A stretch of 64,000 nucleotides of DNA from an uncultured Acidobacteriota bacterium. Lineage in GTDB: Bacteria; Acidobacteriota; Blastocatellia; Pyrinomonadales; Pyrinomonadaceae. Of the stretch, positions 1-8,947 are shown piece by piece (positions within the stretch are counted from its first letter, which is position 1; each line of letters starts with the position of its first letter). The stretch is taken from the NCBI GenBank assembly GCA_963697975.1, contig OY969111.1, forward strand, positions 1,665,764 to 1,729,763, read 5' to 3'. The notes beneath the pieces are model-generated. The model was given only the letters and a program-made list of their open reading frames with translations. It was not told the origin of the DNA and searched no databases. The position numbers and the translations under genes are program-made.

Positions 1-86
1 CAAGGCGGAAAGATATGTTAGATACTCCTCGAATCTTAAAAGCCTGAACGCTCCCCTTTCTTTTCATCTAGAAGCCGGATGCCCCG

Positions 87-1628
87 ATGAAGATTGAATT
101 TCCCGAACGTTTCAACATGGCCGACTACTTCCTCTACCACAACGTAGAGGAAGGGCGCGAGAACAAGACCTGTCTCTATTTCCGCGACGAGACGTACACC
201 TACGGCGAGACCGTCAGGATGGCGAACCGCGCGGGCAATGCTTTGCGTGAGCTTGGATTGCAGATGGAAGATCGCGTCTTGATCGTGCTGCCCGATTGCC
301 CTGAGTTTGTCTGGACGTGGTTTGGCGCAAGTCGCATTGGCGCGGTCGTGACGATGGTCAACCCGCTCCTGCCTGCCGAAGACTATAAATATTATCTTGA
401 ATACACGCGCGCGCGTTGTGCGGTCATACACGAATCGCTGCTGAGGAATTTCGAGGAAGCTGCGAGGGATGCCCGCTATCTTCGCCAGACGCTCGTCGTC
501 GGCGATGAGCACGGGCGTTTTCTTTCGTTTGAGCAGGCGGTCAACGCTCAATCGGATGAGTGCCCGCCTGCCGACACGCATCGTGACGACATAGCCATCT
601 GGCTTTTCACTTCCGGCTCGACCGGCCATCCTAAGGGCGCGGTGCACCTTCATCACGATCTGCCCTTCAACACGGAAGTATTCGCTAAGCGAACTATCGG
701 CGTCCGTGAAAACGATTTGACCGTCTCTGTGCCTAAATTATTCTTCGGGTATGCGACGGGGACAAACCTGCTCTTTCCCTTCGCGGTGGGCGGCGCGACC
801 GCGCTCTTTGCGGAACGCTCCACGCCCGAAACGTTATTTGAAGTGATAGAGCGCTACCGCCCGACTATTCTGACCACCGTGCCGACGATGATTAATGCGA
901 TGCTGAATGCCGAAGGCGGTAGGCAAAGAGATTTGTCGAGTTTGCGCTTCTGCTACTCGGCGGGCGAGGCTCTGCCCGTAGAGCTTTACACTCGCTGGAT
1001 GGAGACCTTCGGAGTTGAAATCTACGACGGCATCGGCTCGGCAGAGATGTTTCATATCTACATCACGAATCGGCCCGGAGACGTGAAGCCCGGCAGCCTC
1101 GGGCGCGTGGTCGAAGGCTACGAAGCCCGCATCGTTGACGCTGAAGGTAGTGAAGTTCCGACCGGCGAGATGGGCACGCTCCGCATCAAGGGCGATTCCG
1201 CCGCTCTCTGCTACTGGAACACGCACGAGAAATCGAAGGAGACTTTCGCGGGCGATTGGTGCACGACGGGCGATCAGTTTCACACGGACGCCGAAGGTTA
1301 TTACTGGTATCACGGGCGCACCGACGACATGCTGAAAGTTTCGGGCGTCTTCGTCGCGCCTGCCGAGATTGAAAACTGCCTGCTGCAACATGAAGCCGTG
1401 ATGGAAGCGGCGGTCATCGGTTACGACGAAGGCTCAGGTCTCATCAAGCCCAAAGCCTTCCTCGTCCTGCGCGACCAACACACGCCCGGTGAAGAACTGG
1501 CACACAACATTCAGGAGTTCGTTAAATCCCGGCTCGCGCTCTACAAATACCCGCGCCACATCGAATTCGTTTCCTCTCTGCCGAAAAATGATCGCGGCAA
1601 GATTGATCGGAAGAAACTGAAACTGTAG
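87..1628 (+). CDS. AMP-dependent aryl/acyl-CoA ligase (benzoate/4-hydroxybenzoate-CoA ligase-like)
   Basis: 513 aa ORF with AMP-binding signature FTSGSTGHPKG and C-terminal conserved DRGK-like motif (NDRGKIDRKKL). ATG at 87. Confidence 0.8.
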   Translation: MKIEFPERFNMADYFLYHNVEEGRENKTCLYFRDETYTYGETVRMANRAGNALRELGLQMEDRVLIVLPDCPEFVWTWFGASRIGAVVTMVNPLLPAEDYKYYLEYTRARCAVIHESLLRNFEEAARDARYLRQTLVVGDEHGRFLSFEQAVNAQSDECPPADTHRDDIAIWLFTSGSTGHPKGAVHLHHDLPFNTEVFAKRTIGVRENDLTVSVPKLFFGYATGTNLLFPFAVGGATALFAERSTPETLFEVIERYRPTILTTVPTMINAMLNAEGGRQRDLSSLRFCYSAGEALPVELYTRWMETFGVEIYDGIGSAEMFHIYITNRPGDVKPGSLGRVVEGYEARIVDAEGSEVPTGEMGTLRIKGDSAALCYWNTHEKSKETFAGDWCTTGDQFHTDAEGYYWYHGRTDDMLKVSGVFVAPAEIENCLLQHEAVMEAAVIGYDEGSGLIKPKAFLVLRDQHTPGEELAHNIQEFVKSRLALYKYPRHIEFVSSLPKNDRGKIDRKKLKL

Positions 1629-1705
1629 TCAGTGGTCAGTGGCCAGTTAAAAGCTGAGGCTCAATGGCCGCTCATCGCTCGTTCTTAACCGACCACCGAC
1701 CACTG
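1629..1705. repeat. heptamer-stem hairpin (CAGTGGT class) between ligase and thioesterase
   Basis: CAGTGGTCAGTGGCC ... CCGACCACCGACCACTG inverted repeat. Confidence 0.6.
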
Positions 1706-1715
1706 TCCACTTCTT

Positions 1716-2123
1716 ATGTCCACTCTCATCAAGGTTCGCTTCGGAGACTGTGACCCGGCGGGGTTGGTTTACTATCCCGTCATCTTCCATTATTGCCATG
1801 TTGCGATGGAGGAGTTTTTCGCGGAGCGTTGCGGCATCCCTTATCACAAATTGATGATGGATGAGCGCATCGGTTTTCCGACCGTCAACACTCAGGCGGA
1901 GTTTTTCGTGCCGCTTGTTTATGGCGATGAGGCTGAGATCGAGGTGTCGGTTATGCGCGTGGGACAAAGTTCTGCGACCTTTGAATACAGCATCCGGCGA
2001 GCGCAGGATTCGGTGCTGTGCGCCCGCTCGACAAACGTTCACGTCTCGATGAATCTGGACACACGCCGCGCCGTTCCCATTCCGGAGCGTTATCGCCTGA
2101 TCTTCGTCAAAAGCCCTGAATAG
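1716..2123 (+). CDS. 4-hydroxybenzoyl-CoA thioesterase-like hotdog-fold thioesterase (YbgC/4HBT family)
   Basis: 135 aa. N-terminal VRFGDCDPAGLVYYPVIFHY motif typical of the 4HBT family. Lies directly downstream of the CoA ligase on the same strand. Confidence 0.7.
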   Translation: MSTLIKVRFGDCDPAGLVYYPVIFHYCHVAMEEFFAERCGIPYHKLMMDERIGFPTVNTQAEFFVPLVYGDEAEIEVSVMRVGQSSATFEYSIRRAQDSVLCARSTNVHVSMNLDTRRAVPIPERYRLIFVKSPE

Positions 2124-2364
2124 TCCACACTTTTTTCTTCTACCAGAGAGCTTTTCTGGAAATCTGCCTCCACTGAGACTTTTTTTAAAGAGCAACGAAT
2201 GGTTCTCTACACCCGTCGCCGTCGCCAGCAGAAGGCGCACAGTGACTTATAAGATTCCTTTGATTCTCCTGCAAAAACTGGAAGGCGTGGATGGAATGTG
2301 CTCCCCATCCGCGCCGATTTTTTATTGCCTCACGAGACAGATTATCTGAAACCAGTGTAGCAAT

Positions 2365-2564
2365 CCGCCGCGTAGCGGCGAAGTGAATGTAGCCCGGCCT
2401 TTCAAGGCCGGGATAAGGTGAACGGTAAGTTCATCGCGTCGCGTCAGCGACGGTTGAAGGCCGACACCTCAGATTCAATCGTCGCTGACGCGACGCGGGT
2501 CATATCCAATGCTCGTTCCCGGCCTTGAAAGGCCGGGCTACATTCAGCCTGCCGCTACGCGGCG
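2365..2564. repeat. about 200 bp nested palindromic element
   Basis: Outer arms CCGCCGCGTAGCGGCG / GCCGCTACGCGGCG. Inner arms TGAATGTAGCCCGGCCTTTCAAGGCCGGG / CCCGGCCTTGAAAGGCCGGGCTACATTCA. Core CGCGTCGCGTCAGCGACG / CGTCGCTGACGCGACGCG. Confidence 0.7.
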
Positions 2565-2588
2565 ATGATGCACACTTTTCAGATTATC

Positions 2589-2921
2589 TTACCGCGCCTT
2601 TGTCTTCCCTGCCCTTTTGCGGCGGGAGGCGAATCTCTGTCTTAACTCATCGTGGTTAGTCGTACCGGGCAGATGTTCGGGCAGGTCTAGTTCATCATCA
2701 ATCAGAACTTCAGTAGGAACACCCGCGACGCGAGCGTATTGCAGGAGAATTTTTAATAGCGGCTCGCGGAGGCCGGATTCATATTTGGAAATCTGCGTAT
2801 ATGTAATCATCTCCTCAACCCCCAGACGCCGATGCATTTCGGTTTGAGAGAGACCGAGAGTAATCCTGATCTGTCTGAGCTTCTCTGCGAGGCGTTCCGG
2901 CTTCGGACGTGGATTGCCCAT
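2589..2921 (-). CDS. XRE-family helix-turn-helix transcriptional regulator
   Basis: HTH_XRE-like segment LRQIRITLGLSQTEMHRRLGVEEMITYTQISKYESG. Internal ATG at 2919-2921 is preceded by an AGGAGG RBS. Confidence 0.65.
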   Translation of the reverse strand: MGNPRPKPERLAEKLRQIRITLGLSQTEMHRRLGVEEMITYTQISKYESGLREPLLKILLQYARVAGVPTEVLIDDELDLPEHLPGTTNHDELRQRFASRRKRAGKTKAR

Positions 2922-2966
2922 TAGGAGATACCTCCTAATGCAGCAACAACCAACCCGATAACAAAC

Positions 2967-2995
2967 TTGCATTTGTCGCCTACAGGCGATAAAAT
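2967..2995 (+). promoter_or_regulatory. sigma70-like promoter TTGCAT-17-TAAAAT with palindrome TCGCCTACAGGCGA in the spacer (candidate operator), driving the Fis-HTH gene
   Basis: Hexamers and 17-nt spacing read directly from the sequence. The palindrome overlaps the spacer. Confidence 0.4.
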
Positions 2996-3104
2996 GCCTT
3001 CGCTCAAGTTATTCGCCGTGAGAATCCTTTTCTTCTCAACGGCGGCGCTCATCACTCACTTTGAGGTGGAGGCTTGAGACGACGCATTTTAGCCGTTGCT
3101 AGTT

Positions 3105-3590
3105 ATGGAAAGATCGCGCGGGAAGAATACCATGACCTCACCAAAGCACCAGACAAATCTTCACCTTGCAATTGAGTTGGCGGAAGACGCCGGACTCACT
3201 CTCCTTTCCATCATCGAAGAACACGCCACGCGTTTATCCGATTACGAGCTTTATCTCACCTATCTCAAAGCTGATAGATTGCTGGCTTCCAGACAAGACG
3301 ATGAAGATATAGTAAGGCTTCGTGCATGCGCTCGGATGGTGATGAAAAGATTACTTGGTAAGAATCTGCACGATGCGGGGTTTTATCTGCCGGATGTCTT
3401 ACGAGCCTATGAAGCAAGGTTTATCGAGCAAGCACTGGAAGAAGAAAAAGGAAGCATCACACGGGCGGCGCAAAGGCTGGGGTTGACGCATCAGAGATTG
3501 ATTTACGTCCTCGAATCGAGACACAGAAAACTTCGTGAGAAGAGGACACCGCCGGTTAGTCGGAAAATCATGAACCGAGAAGATAAGTAA
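3105..3590 (+). CDS. small protein with C-terminal Fis-type HTH
   Basis: C-terminus ITRAAQRLGLTHQRLIYVL matches the Fis/NtrC-type HTH_8. Lower GC than flanks. Start uncertain (TTG 3096, ATG 3105 or ATG 3132). Confidence 0.5.
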   Translation: MERSRGKNTMTSPKHQTNLHLAIELAEDAGLTLLSIIEEHATRLSDYELYLTYLKADRLLASRQDDEDIVRLRACARMVMKRLLGKNLHDAGFYLPDVLRAYEARFIEQALEEEKGSITRAAQRLGLTHQRLIYVLESRHRKLREKRTPPVSRKIMNREDK

Positions 3591-3625
3591 TCCAAAGCCC
3601 TCGACTAAGCTATCCACAATGTTTT

Positions 3626-3640
3626 GACCCTGAAAGGGTC
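3626..3640. repeat. REP-like hairpin GACCCTGAAAGGGTC
   Basis: Perfect palindrome with a GAAA loop. The same motif recurs in the composite elements at 36.4 and 41.1 kb. Confidence 0.6.
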
Positions 3641-3687
3641 AGGGAAAGCGTGCTGACTACTGAGGCCGACTCACGTTACCTTACCCA

Positions 3688-6288
3688 TCATTGTCGCCGC
3701 AGACGTTGCGCGAGGGTACGCATGACGCTGGAAGCAATGGTGGGGTCACGGTCGAGGGCGGCGCGGAAGGCGTCGCCGTTCAAGCGCAGGGCGCGAGCGC
3801 CTTCATCGCCTGCGACGAGTGTGGCCGAGCGCGGCGCAGGATCAAGCACTGCCATCTCGCCGATAAAACCTCCGGCTTTTTCCGTTCCGATAAATTTCTC
3901 ACCAGCGCCTTCTCTCTTTAGAATCTTGACTTCACCCGCCAGCAGGATGAAGACCTCGTTGCCCGGCTCGCCTTCAACACACAGAGTCTCACCCGGACTG
4001 AATTCATCTTCAGTGCTGCTCGTCGCCAGTTCCGCCAGACCTTCGGGCGCAATCCTGGAGAAGATTGGAGCCGAACGGAGCGCGATCATCTTTTCGATTG
4101 TGATCAGATGAGGATGAGCGTCGCGCTCGCGCCCGCCGCGCTCTTTCAGGTGCGTTGCGGTCTCACGCACTAGCGGATGCTCGTCGGCGCTGAACCGATT
4201 CAAAACCCCCTCGTTCACCGCGCCGCGCTCGGCCAGAGCATAGAGCGTCAGAGCGCGAATGTAAGGATCAGTGTTGGTGAGGCGCGCGTACAGCATTTCG
4301 GTCAGCGTCGGCCAGCTTGATTCGACCTGCACGGTCTCTCGATATGCCGCCACCAGTCGTTCGGCAATCGCGGGCGTGACGAGCGCGTTTAGCTTTTCCA
4401 TGACTGACTCGCGCTCGCTGCCTTCGGCGCTTGCTAGCCCCTCCCTGACGATTTGCCCCGTCTCATCCTCCATCGTGAAACTCAAGCCACGCACCAGACT
4501 GTCAATGGCGCGGGCGCGTTTGCGCCGCAGCAGGTCCCTGAGAAAATCATGCACGGGCGTCGGCTGTAGCTCCAGCGCCTGAATCGTCTGCGCGGCGCTC
4601 TCGATGACGGCGGCCTGCTCCGCCAGCCGCGTAGCCATCCCACGCTCGCCGCCCAGCAATTCGTCCAGCACCGCCGCGTGCTCTTCTCTGGTCACGCGAT
4701 ACTCGGAGCGCAACTGCACGACGAAGCTGTCGTCGTAAGTGCCCTCGGCGGCAAGCACGCGGTCCAGATAGTTTTCGAGCGCGTGGCGATAGGTTTCGAG
4801 TTGGAGACGCTTCTCGGCGGAGATGTGCTTCGTCGGGTCTGTGAACATCGCGCGCTCTTCATCGGCAAGCGCGGCCATAATCTTGTCGTGATCGGCCTTC
4901 TTAATCTGCAACTGGTTACGCAGGGATTCGAGCATCTGCACTTCTTCGCGCGTCACGAAGCCGTTGGCTAAGGCTTCGCGCACGGCGTCTTTGTAGCCTT
5001 CCAGGACTTGGGCCGCTCCCTTGGCGGTCTCGCGCATACGGATGGTGTGAAGAAGGAAGGCTTCGTGCAAATCGCGCGGCGGCTTGTCGGCCCACTCCCA
5101 ACGCTTGATGACGTTGCGCGCTAAGGTCTCTTCGGCAAACGACGCCTGACGGCGGCGCAGGCGGCGCGCCAGGTAAAGCGTCGCCGTCAACAGCACGATT
5201 ATCAGGAAGAGGTGCGGCACGGCCCAGGGCGCTCTCCAGAGAGTAGGCGCGCCCGCGAAAGTGTAAAAGGTGATGAAGGCTGCAAAAGCCGCTATCGCAA
5301 ACATCACGTGGCGCACGCGCCCGGCTTCAGTCTCCGGGTCGCGCCGCCTGAGCCAGTCGCCGATGGGGCGTTCCAGCAATGAGAAGAGCAGATAGCTCAA
5401 AAGCGCGCAGACGGCCAGCGTTAGAATCGAGGCAAAGGCGCGGGGCGCGCTCTGCCAGAAGAAGAACCCTGCCGTTTCCGCATTGCTGCCGGGAAGAAAC
5501 GCCCAGTGCATGACCATCATTTGCTTCGTCCACTGGCCGTTGAAATAGTAGTCCCAGTTTCCGGCTTGCAGGTAATAGTAGAAGTAGAAGCCGAAGACGA
5601 GGCCGGGAAAAGCGAAGTAGACGAACCGCTTGGGGCGTGAATCAATCTCTTTCCAGTAGCCGTTCTCCTCGTTGATGTCCGGGCAGGATTTCTTGCAGGC
5701 CGTGCATTTTGTGCATTGCGAGTTCTTGGTCTCGCGCAGGCCGTGCGGCTCTGTGTAAATCTTCTCGATGAAAGAAAGCGGGCAGATGTAGTTGCACCAC
5801 GTCTTGCCCGTGTAGAACGCGCCGAAGATGAGCGCCGCAAACGAGATCATCACGAAGAAGGCGGCGATGGCGTGACCGTCGCCGTTGGTGGCAATCAGGC
5901 GCATCCAGAGCGAGAGGAAGAAAACTGTGAAAGAGACGTAGTAATAATTTGCTTCCAACCAGGGCGAAGCCTTCTTGATACCGGGACGCTTCAGGCGCAC
6001 GGGGATTTGCGCGAAGAAGGCGAGCGGGCAGATTCTGCGCCAGCGGTGATAGCCGACGAGGACAATGAAGAGAGGAATCCCCGCCACGACCACCGTCCAG
6101 ACGATGCGCCCGGCGAGCGTTTCCATCATCACCGTGTGCGCGAAGAGAGGAACGGCGATGAAGACTGCGAGCGCGACCCACCTGATAGGTCCGACCCACC
6201 ATTCAGCGTCCGGCTCACTCGCCTTCGTCGCCATCACGGGCAAGTTCCTCGTCGGTGTCGCAGGATTTCGGGGTGTGGCAACGGCCAT
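3688..6288 (-). CDS. multidomain membrane protein: NapH/MauN-like polyferredoxin membrane domain + HEAT-like repeats + C-terminal cyclic-nucleotide-binding domain
   Basis: 866 aa. Multiple TM helices with CP motifs (RRICPLA, WCNYICPLS) and one CX2CX2CX3CP ferredoxin motif (CTKCTACKKSCP). Central HEAT-like segment (DPYIRALTLYALAERG, HPLVRETATHL). C-terminal cNMP-binding consensus (FSPGETLCVEGEPGNEVFILLAGEVKI ... GEMAVLD..PRSATLVA). Confidence 0.6.
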   Translation of the reverse strand: MAVATPRNPATPTRNLPVMATKASEPDAEWWVGPIRWVALAVFIAVPLFAHTVMMETLAGRIVWTVVVAGIPLFIVLVGYHRWRRICPLAFFAQIPVRLKRPGIKKASPWLEANYYYVSFTVFFLSLWMRLIATNGDGHAIAAFFVMISFAALIFGAFYTGKTWCNYICPLSFIEKIYTEPHGLRETKNSQCTKCTACKKSCPDINEENGYWKEIDSRPKRFVYFAFPGLVFGFYFYYYLQAGNWDYYFNGQWTKQMMVMHWAFLPGSNAETAGFFFWQSAPRAFASILTLAVCALLSYLLFSLLERPIGDWLRRRDPETEAGRVRHVMFAIAAFAAFITFYTFAGAPTLWRAPWAVPHLFLIIVLLTATLYLARRLRRRQASFAEETLARNVIKRWEWADKPPRDLHEAFLLHTIRMRETAKGAAQVLEGYKDAVREALANGFVTREEVQMLESLRNQLQIKKADHDKIMAALADEERAMFTDPTKHISAEKRLQLETYRHALENYLDRVLAAEGTYDDSFVVQLRSEYRVTREEHAAVLDELLGGERGMATRLAEQAAVIESAAQTIQALELQPTPVHDFLRDLLRRKRARAIDSLVRGLSFTMEDETGQIVREGLASAEGSERESVMEKLNALVTPAIAERLVAAYRETVQVESSWPTLTEMLYARLTNTDPYIRALTLYALAERGAVNEGVLNRFSADEHPLVRETATHLKERGGRERDAHPHLITIEKMIALRSAPIFSRIAPEGLAELATSSTEDEFSPGETLCVEGEPGNEVFILLAGEVKILKREGAGEKFIGTEKAGGFIGEMAVLDPAPRSATLVAGDEGARALRLNGDAFRAALDRDPTIASSVMRTLAQRLRRQ

Positions 6289-6293
6289 AAATT

Positions 6294-6360
6294 AAGTGAT
6301 GGGTGATAAGTGATAGATGATAGGAGAAAAGTTTTTACTTATCACCCATCACTCATCACT
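6294..6360. repeat. heptamer-stem hairpin (GGTGATR class)
   Basis: GTGATGGGTGATAAGTGATAGATGATAGG ... TTATCACCCATCACTCATCAC. Confidence 0.7.
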
Positions 6361-6366
6361 GTATTT

Positions 6367-8163
6367 TCAGCTTCGACCGGCGCGAGTCTTGAAAGGCCAT
6401 TCGGCGGCGAGTGGCGATTCAAGGTTGACCTTGATATTGAGATAATCGCGCAGCACGCCTTTAAGATTCCCGACCTGTTCCTCTTCGTTGCGGCGAAAGA
6501 ACTCGCTGCGGAAACCGTCATCGGGCGTAATCACGAAGAAGAGGCGCGGGATGACGCGCGTCGTGCCCACACTTCCCTCTTTCGGATTCTTGACGCCCGC
6601 GTTGAGGTAATCCCCCTCGTCAAAATTACGGACGTGACACTGGATACAGGTCATGCCGCGCTCTTCAAAGAGGCGACGGCGCGGGTCGCTTAAAGGAGTT
6701 TCCGCCACCATCTGTTTCTGCTTGAACTCGCGCGAGAACATTGACGAATCAATCATCGCGGGTTTGACCATCGCGGCGTCGTGGTCGTCTGGTATCGCAG
6801 AAAAATTTCCGACATCAACCAGCTTGTCAAAGCCAGCGACGAACGCGGGGCTTGCGGGATCGAACGCGGGCGCAGGCACACGCCTGAAAGCCGTGCCGTC
6901 GGGTGTTAACTTAACGCTCGTCGCAAAACCATCAATCGGGAGGTTGCTAAAGGCCAGCACCTTTTTGCCGTCTCGCTCGACGGGCACGATTTTCATCACG
7001 CCCAAAGCCCAACCGTCGCCGCGCAGGTAGCGTCCCTTCTCGTCCAATTGGTCGTCGCCGCCGAGCCGCGCATTGTGCGGGAGCGCAGCAAAGTTCGCCT
7101 GCATGTTCGGGTCGCTTTTGTCGCTGTAGTTAACGACCGATGAGATGAAGTCTGCGAGGACTTCGCCGTAGCTCTTCTTGTCGCGTGCGATGAAGGGCTT
7201 GAGATCAGCGCCGTCGAAGAATGCGCTGTGCAGCATGGTCGCAAACGTCTTGTTGTTCTTCTGCCGCGCGTCGTCGTCTTTGTCCAGTTCCGGGTCTTTC
7301 AATCGGGTGATACGCATGCGCGGCATCAGGAAGACAGGCTCAGCCGCGACCACGTTTTTGTAGACGAGGCGGAGTTCAAAGATTCTCTTGTTGACGCGCG
7401 GGCGCACCATGACGAGCCGCCAGTTCTCGGCGTTGAACTGCGGGTTATATTTCGGGCTGTCGGGATTGATCTCGTCGTTGCGATGCAGAGCCGCGAGATT
7501 TTTCAAAGCGTCGTGGAAGAGAAGAGCGCCTGTGGTCGGCTGAATCGCGTTATCCGGCTTGACCTGCTTGCTCGCCTCGATCGCGGCGATGCGGTCGAAC
7601 ATACTGATAATCGGCCAGCGCGCGTTTGAGGCTGCAAGCCTCTCCGGGTCTGTAATCGAGATGAGCGTTTCGACGGCCAATGGCGCAGGCGGCACGAGGG
7701 TAAGCGGCACAGGGTTCGGCTCAATCTGAATGCTGAACGTTTTGATGGAGGTTCGCGGGCTTCCCCCGGTGCGCGGGTACTCCGTGAGGCGAACGGCGAA
7801 CTGCCCCACGCGGCCATCCGTCTTGCGCGGCGTCCAGTCAACGGTCAGGGTCTTCTCATTGTATTTAGCGCTTGCAGGCTTCTGCGTCATCTCAACGCGA
7901 ATGTCGTCCGTCTCTTCGTCAATCACGGAGAGGCCGAAAGTAATGCGCTGGCCGACGCCGACGCGCTTGATACGAACGGCGTCCATTTCGGGCGGATGAT
8001 TCTCGGCAACTGTTGTCTCGCTCGGCGCGAGATTTCGTGCTGGCACAAAGCCAACGGCATCCGCCTTGAAACGCGAAATGAACATGGCACTCGCCAGCGC
8101 ACAAAAGAGCAGCAGGCAAAAGACTTTGAGCGAGCGCTCGCTGGGGGCACGACGAACTTTCAT
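6367..8163 (-). CDS. secreted hypothetical protein with single CxxCH haem-binding-like motif
   Basis: 598 aa. N-terminal signal peptide (MKVRRAPSERSLKVFCLLLFCALASA). CIQCH motif near the C-terminus. GGAGAG RBS upstream. No confident family assignment. Confidence 0.5.
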   Translation of the reverse strand: MKVRRAPSERSLKVFCLLLFCALASAMFISRFKADAVGFVPARNLAPSETTVAENHPPEMDAVRIKRVGVGQRITFGLSVIDEETDDIRVEMTQKPASAKYNEKTLTVDWTPRKTDGRVGQFAVRLTEYPRTGGSPRTSIKTFSIQIEPNPVPLTLVPPAPLAVETLISITDPERLAASNARWPIISMFDRIAAIEASKQVKPDNAIQPTTGALLFHDALKNLAALHRNDEINPDSPKYNPQFNAENWRLVMVRPRVNKRIFELRLVYKNVVAAEPVFLMPRMRITRLKDPELDKDDDARQKNNKTFATMLHSAFFDGADLKPFIARDKKSYGEVLADFISSVVNYSDKSDPNMQANFAALPHNARLGGDDQLDEKGRYLRGDGWALGVMKIVPVERDGKKVLAFSNLPIDGFATSVKLTPDGTAFRRVPAPAFDPASPAFVAGFDKLVDVGNFSAIPDDHDAAMVKPAMIDSSMFSREFKQKQMVAETPLSDPRRRLFEERGMTCIQCHVRNFDEGDYLNAGVKNPKEGSVGTTRVIPRLFFVITPDDGFRSEFFRRNEEEQVGNLKGVLRDYLNIKVNLESPLAAEWPFKTRAGRS

Positions 8164-8363
8164 GATCTCTCCAATGACAATTTATTCTTTACAAGCGGAG
8201 CGTTTTCTTAGCTCATTCGCGCTGAACTTTTGAACGCGCCGGAAGCCGATTTTTGCCGAGGTCGACACCGACGGGAGACGGAAGGCTTTCGGACAACAGT
8301 CACGTATCTTCGATGCTGCGCCGCGCGGTTGTCAAGCACCGCTGTTTCAACGAGACCATTTTA

Positions 8364-8392
8364 TTGATGATTGAATGTGGAGACAGTAGAAT
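8364..8392 (+). promoter_or_regulatory. sigma70-like promoter TTGATG-17-TAGAAT upstream of the DUF4258 gene
   Basis: Read directly. The -10 ends about 12 nt before the ATG at 8405, giving a near-leaderless transcript. Confidence 0.4.
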
Positions 8393-8404
8393 CTTGGTTC
8401 AAGC

Positions 8405-8674
8405 ATGAAAATAATCTATCCCCCGTATGTTTTGAAGCGTATGATTGAGCGCGGCATTACTGTTGCCGCCGTGCGCGACGTATTGGAGAATGGGGAGTTG
8501 ATTGAAGAGTACAAGGCTGATTCGCCGCCGCGTTATCTCATGCTAGGATGGAGCGGGAAAAGACCGATTCATGTTGTCGGGGAAGATGACCCCGTTGAGG
8601 GTGAAACTATTGTTGTGACAGCTTACGAGCCGGATAGTAAACGCTGGAAAGCGGGCTATTGTGAGCGTAGGTGA
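8405..8674 (+). CDS. DUF4258-domain protein (putative toxin of a type II TA-like pair)
   Basis: 89 aa. Sequence pattern (YPPYVLKRMIERGIT ... IVVTAYEPD) recalled as DUF4258. A near-consensus promoter (TTGATG-17-TAGAAT) lies just upstream. Confidence 0.55.
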   Translation: MKIIYPPYVLKRMIERGITVAAVRDVLENGELIEEYKADSPPRYLMLGWSGKRPIHVVGEDDPVEGETIVVTAYEPDSKRWKAGYCERR

Positions 8675-8678
8675 CGAA

Positions 8679-8927
8679 ATGAAATGCCTGGTCTGCAAAC
8701 ATAATCGCTTTAAGAAAGGCACGACGATACTGCCTATTGAACGCGGCAATGCTATCTTGCTCATCACCGACATCCCTGCGCGGGTGTGCGAAAATTGCGG
8801 CGAAACGTATCTTGATGAAGAGGTCGCTCAGGACGTTCAAGACCTGGCAAACGAGACTTTGAGCGGTGAAGTCAGTTACGCCAAAGCGCGCGGCGAGCGT
8901 GAAATTTTGGTCACAGCATTTAGCTAA
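8679..8927 (+). CDS. YgiT-type zinc-finger protein (MqsA-like putative antitoxin)
   Basis: CxxC...CxxC (MKCLVCKH ... CENCGETYLDEE) YgiT/MqsA N-terminal zinc-finger pattern. Start lies 5 bp after the DUF4258 stop. Confidence 0.55.
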   Translation: MKCLVCKHNRFKKGTTILPIERGNAILLITDIPARVCENCGETYLDEEVAQDVQDLANETLSGEVSYAKARGEREILVTAFS

Positions 8928-8947
8928 TTAGCCGCCGCTCCGTATGG

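Noticed and set aside
36-656. 206-aa ORF on minus strand
   Set aside because: Entirely antisense to the well-supported AMP-binding ligase gene. Typical high-GC shadow ORF.
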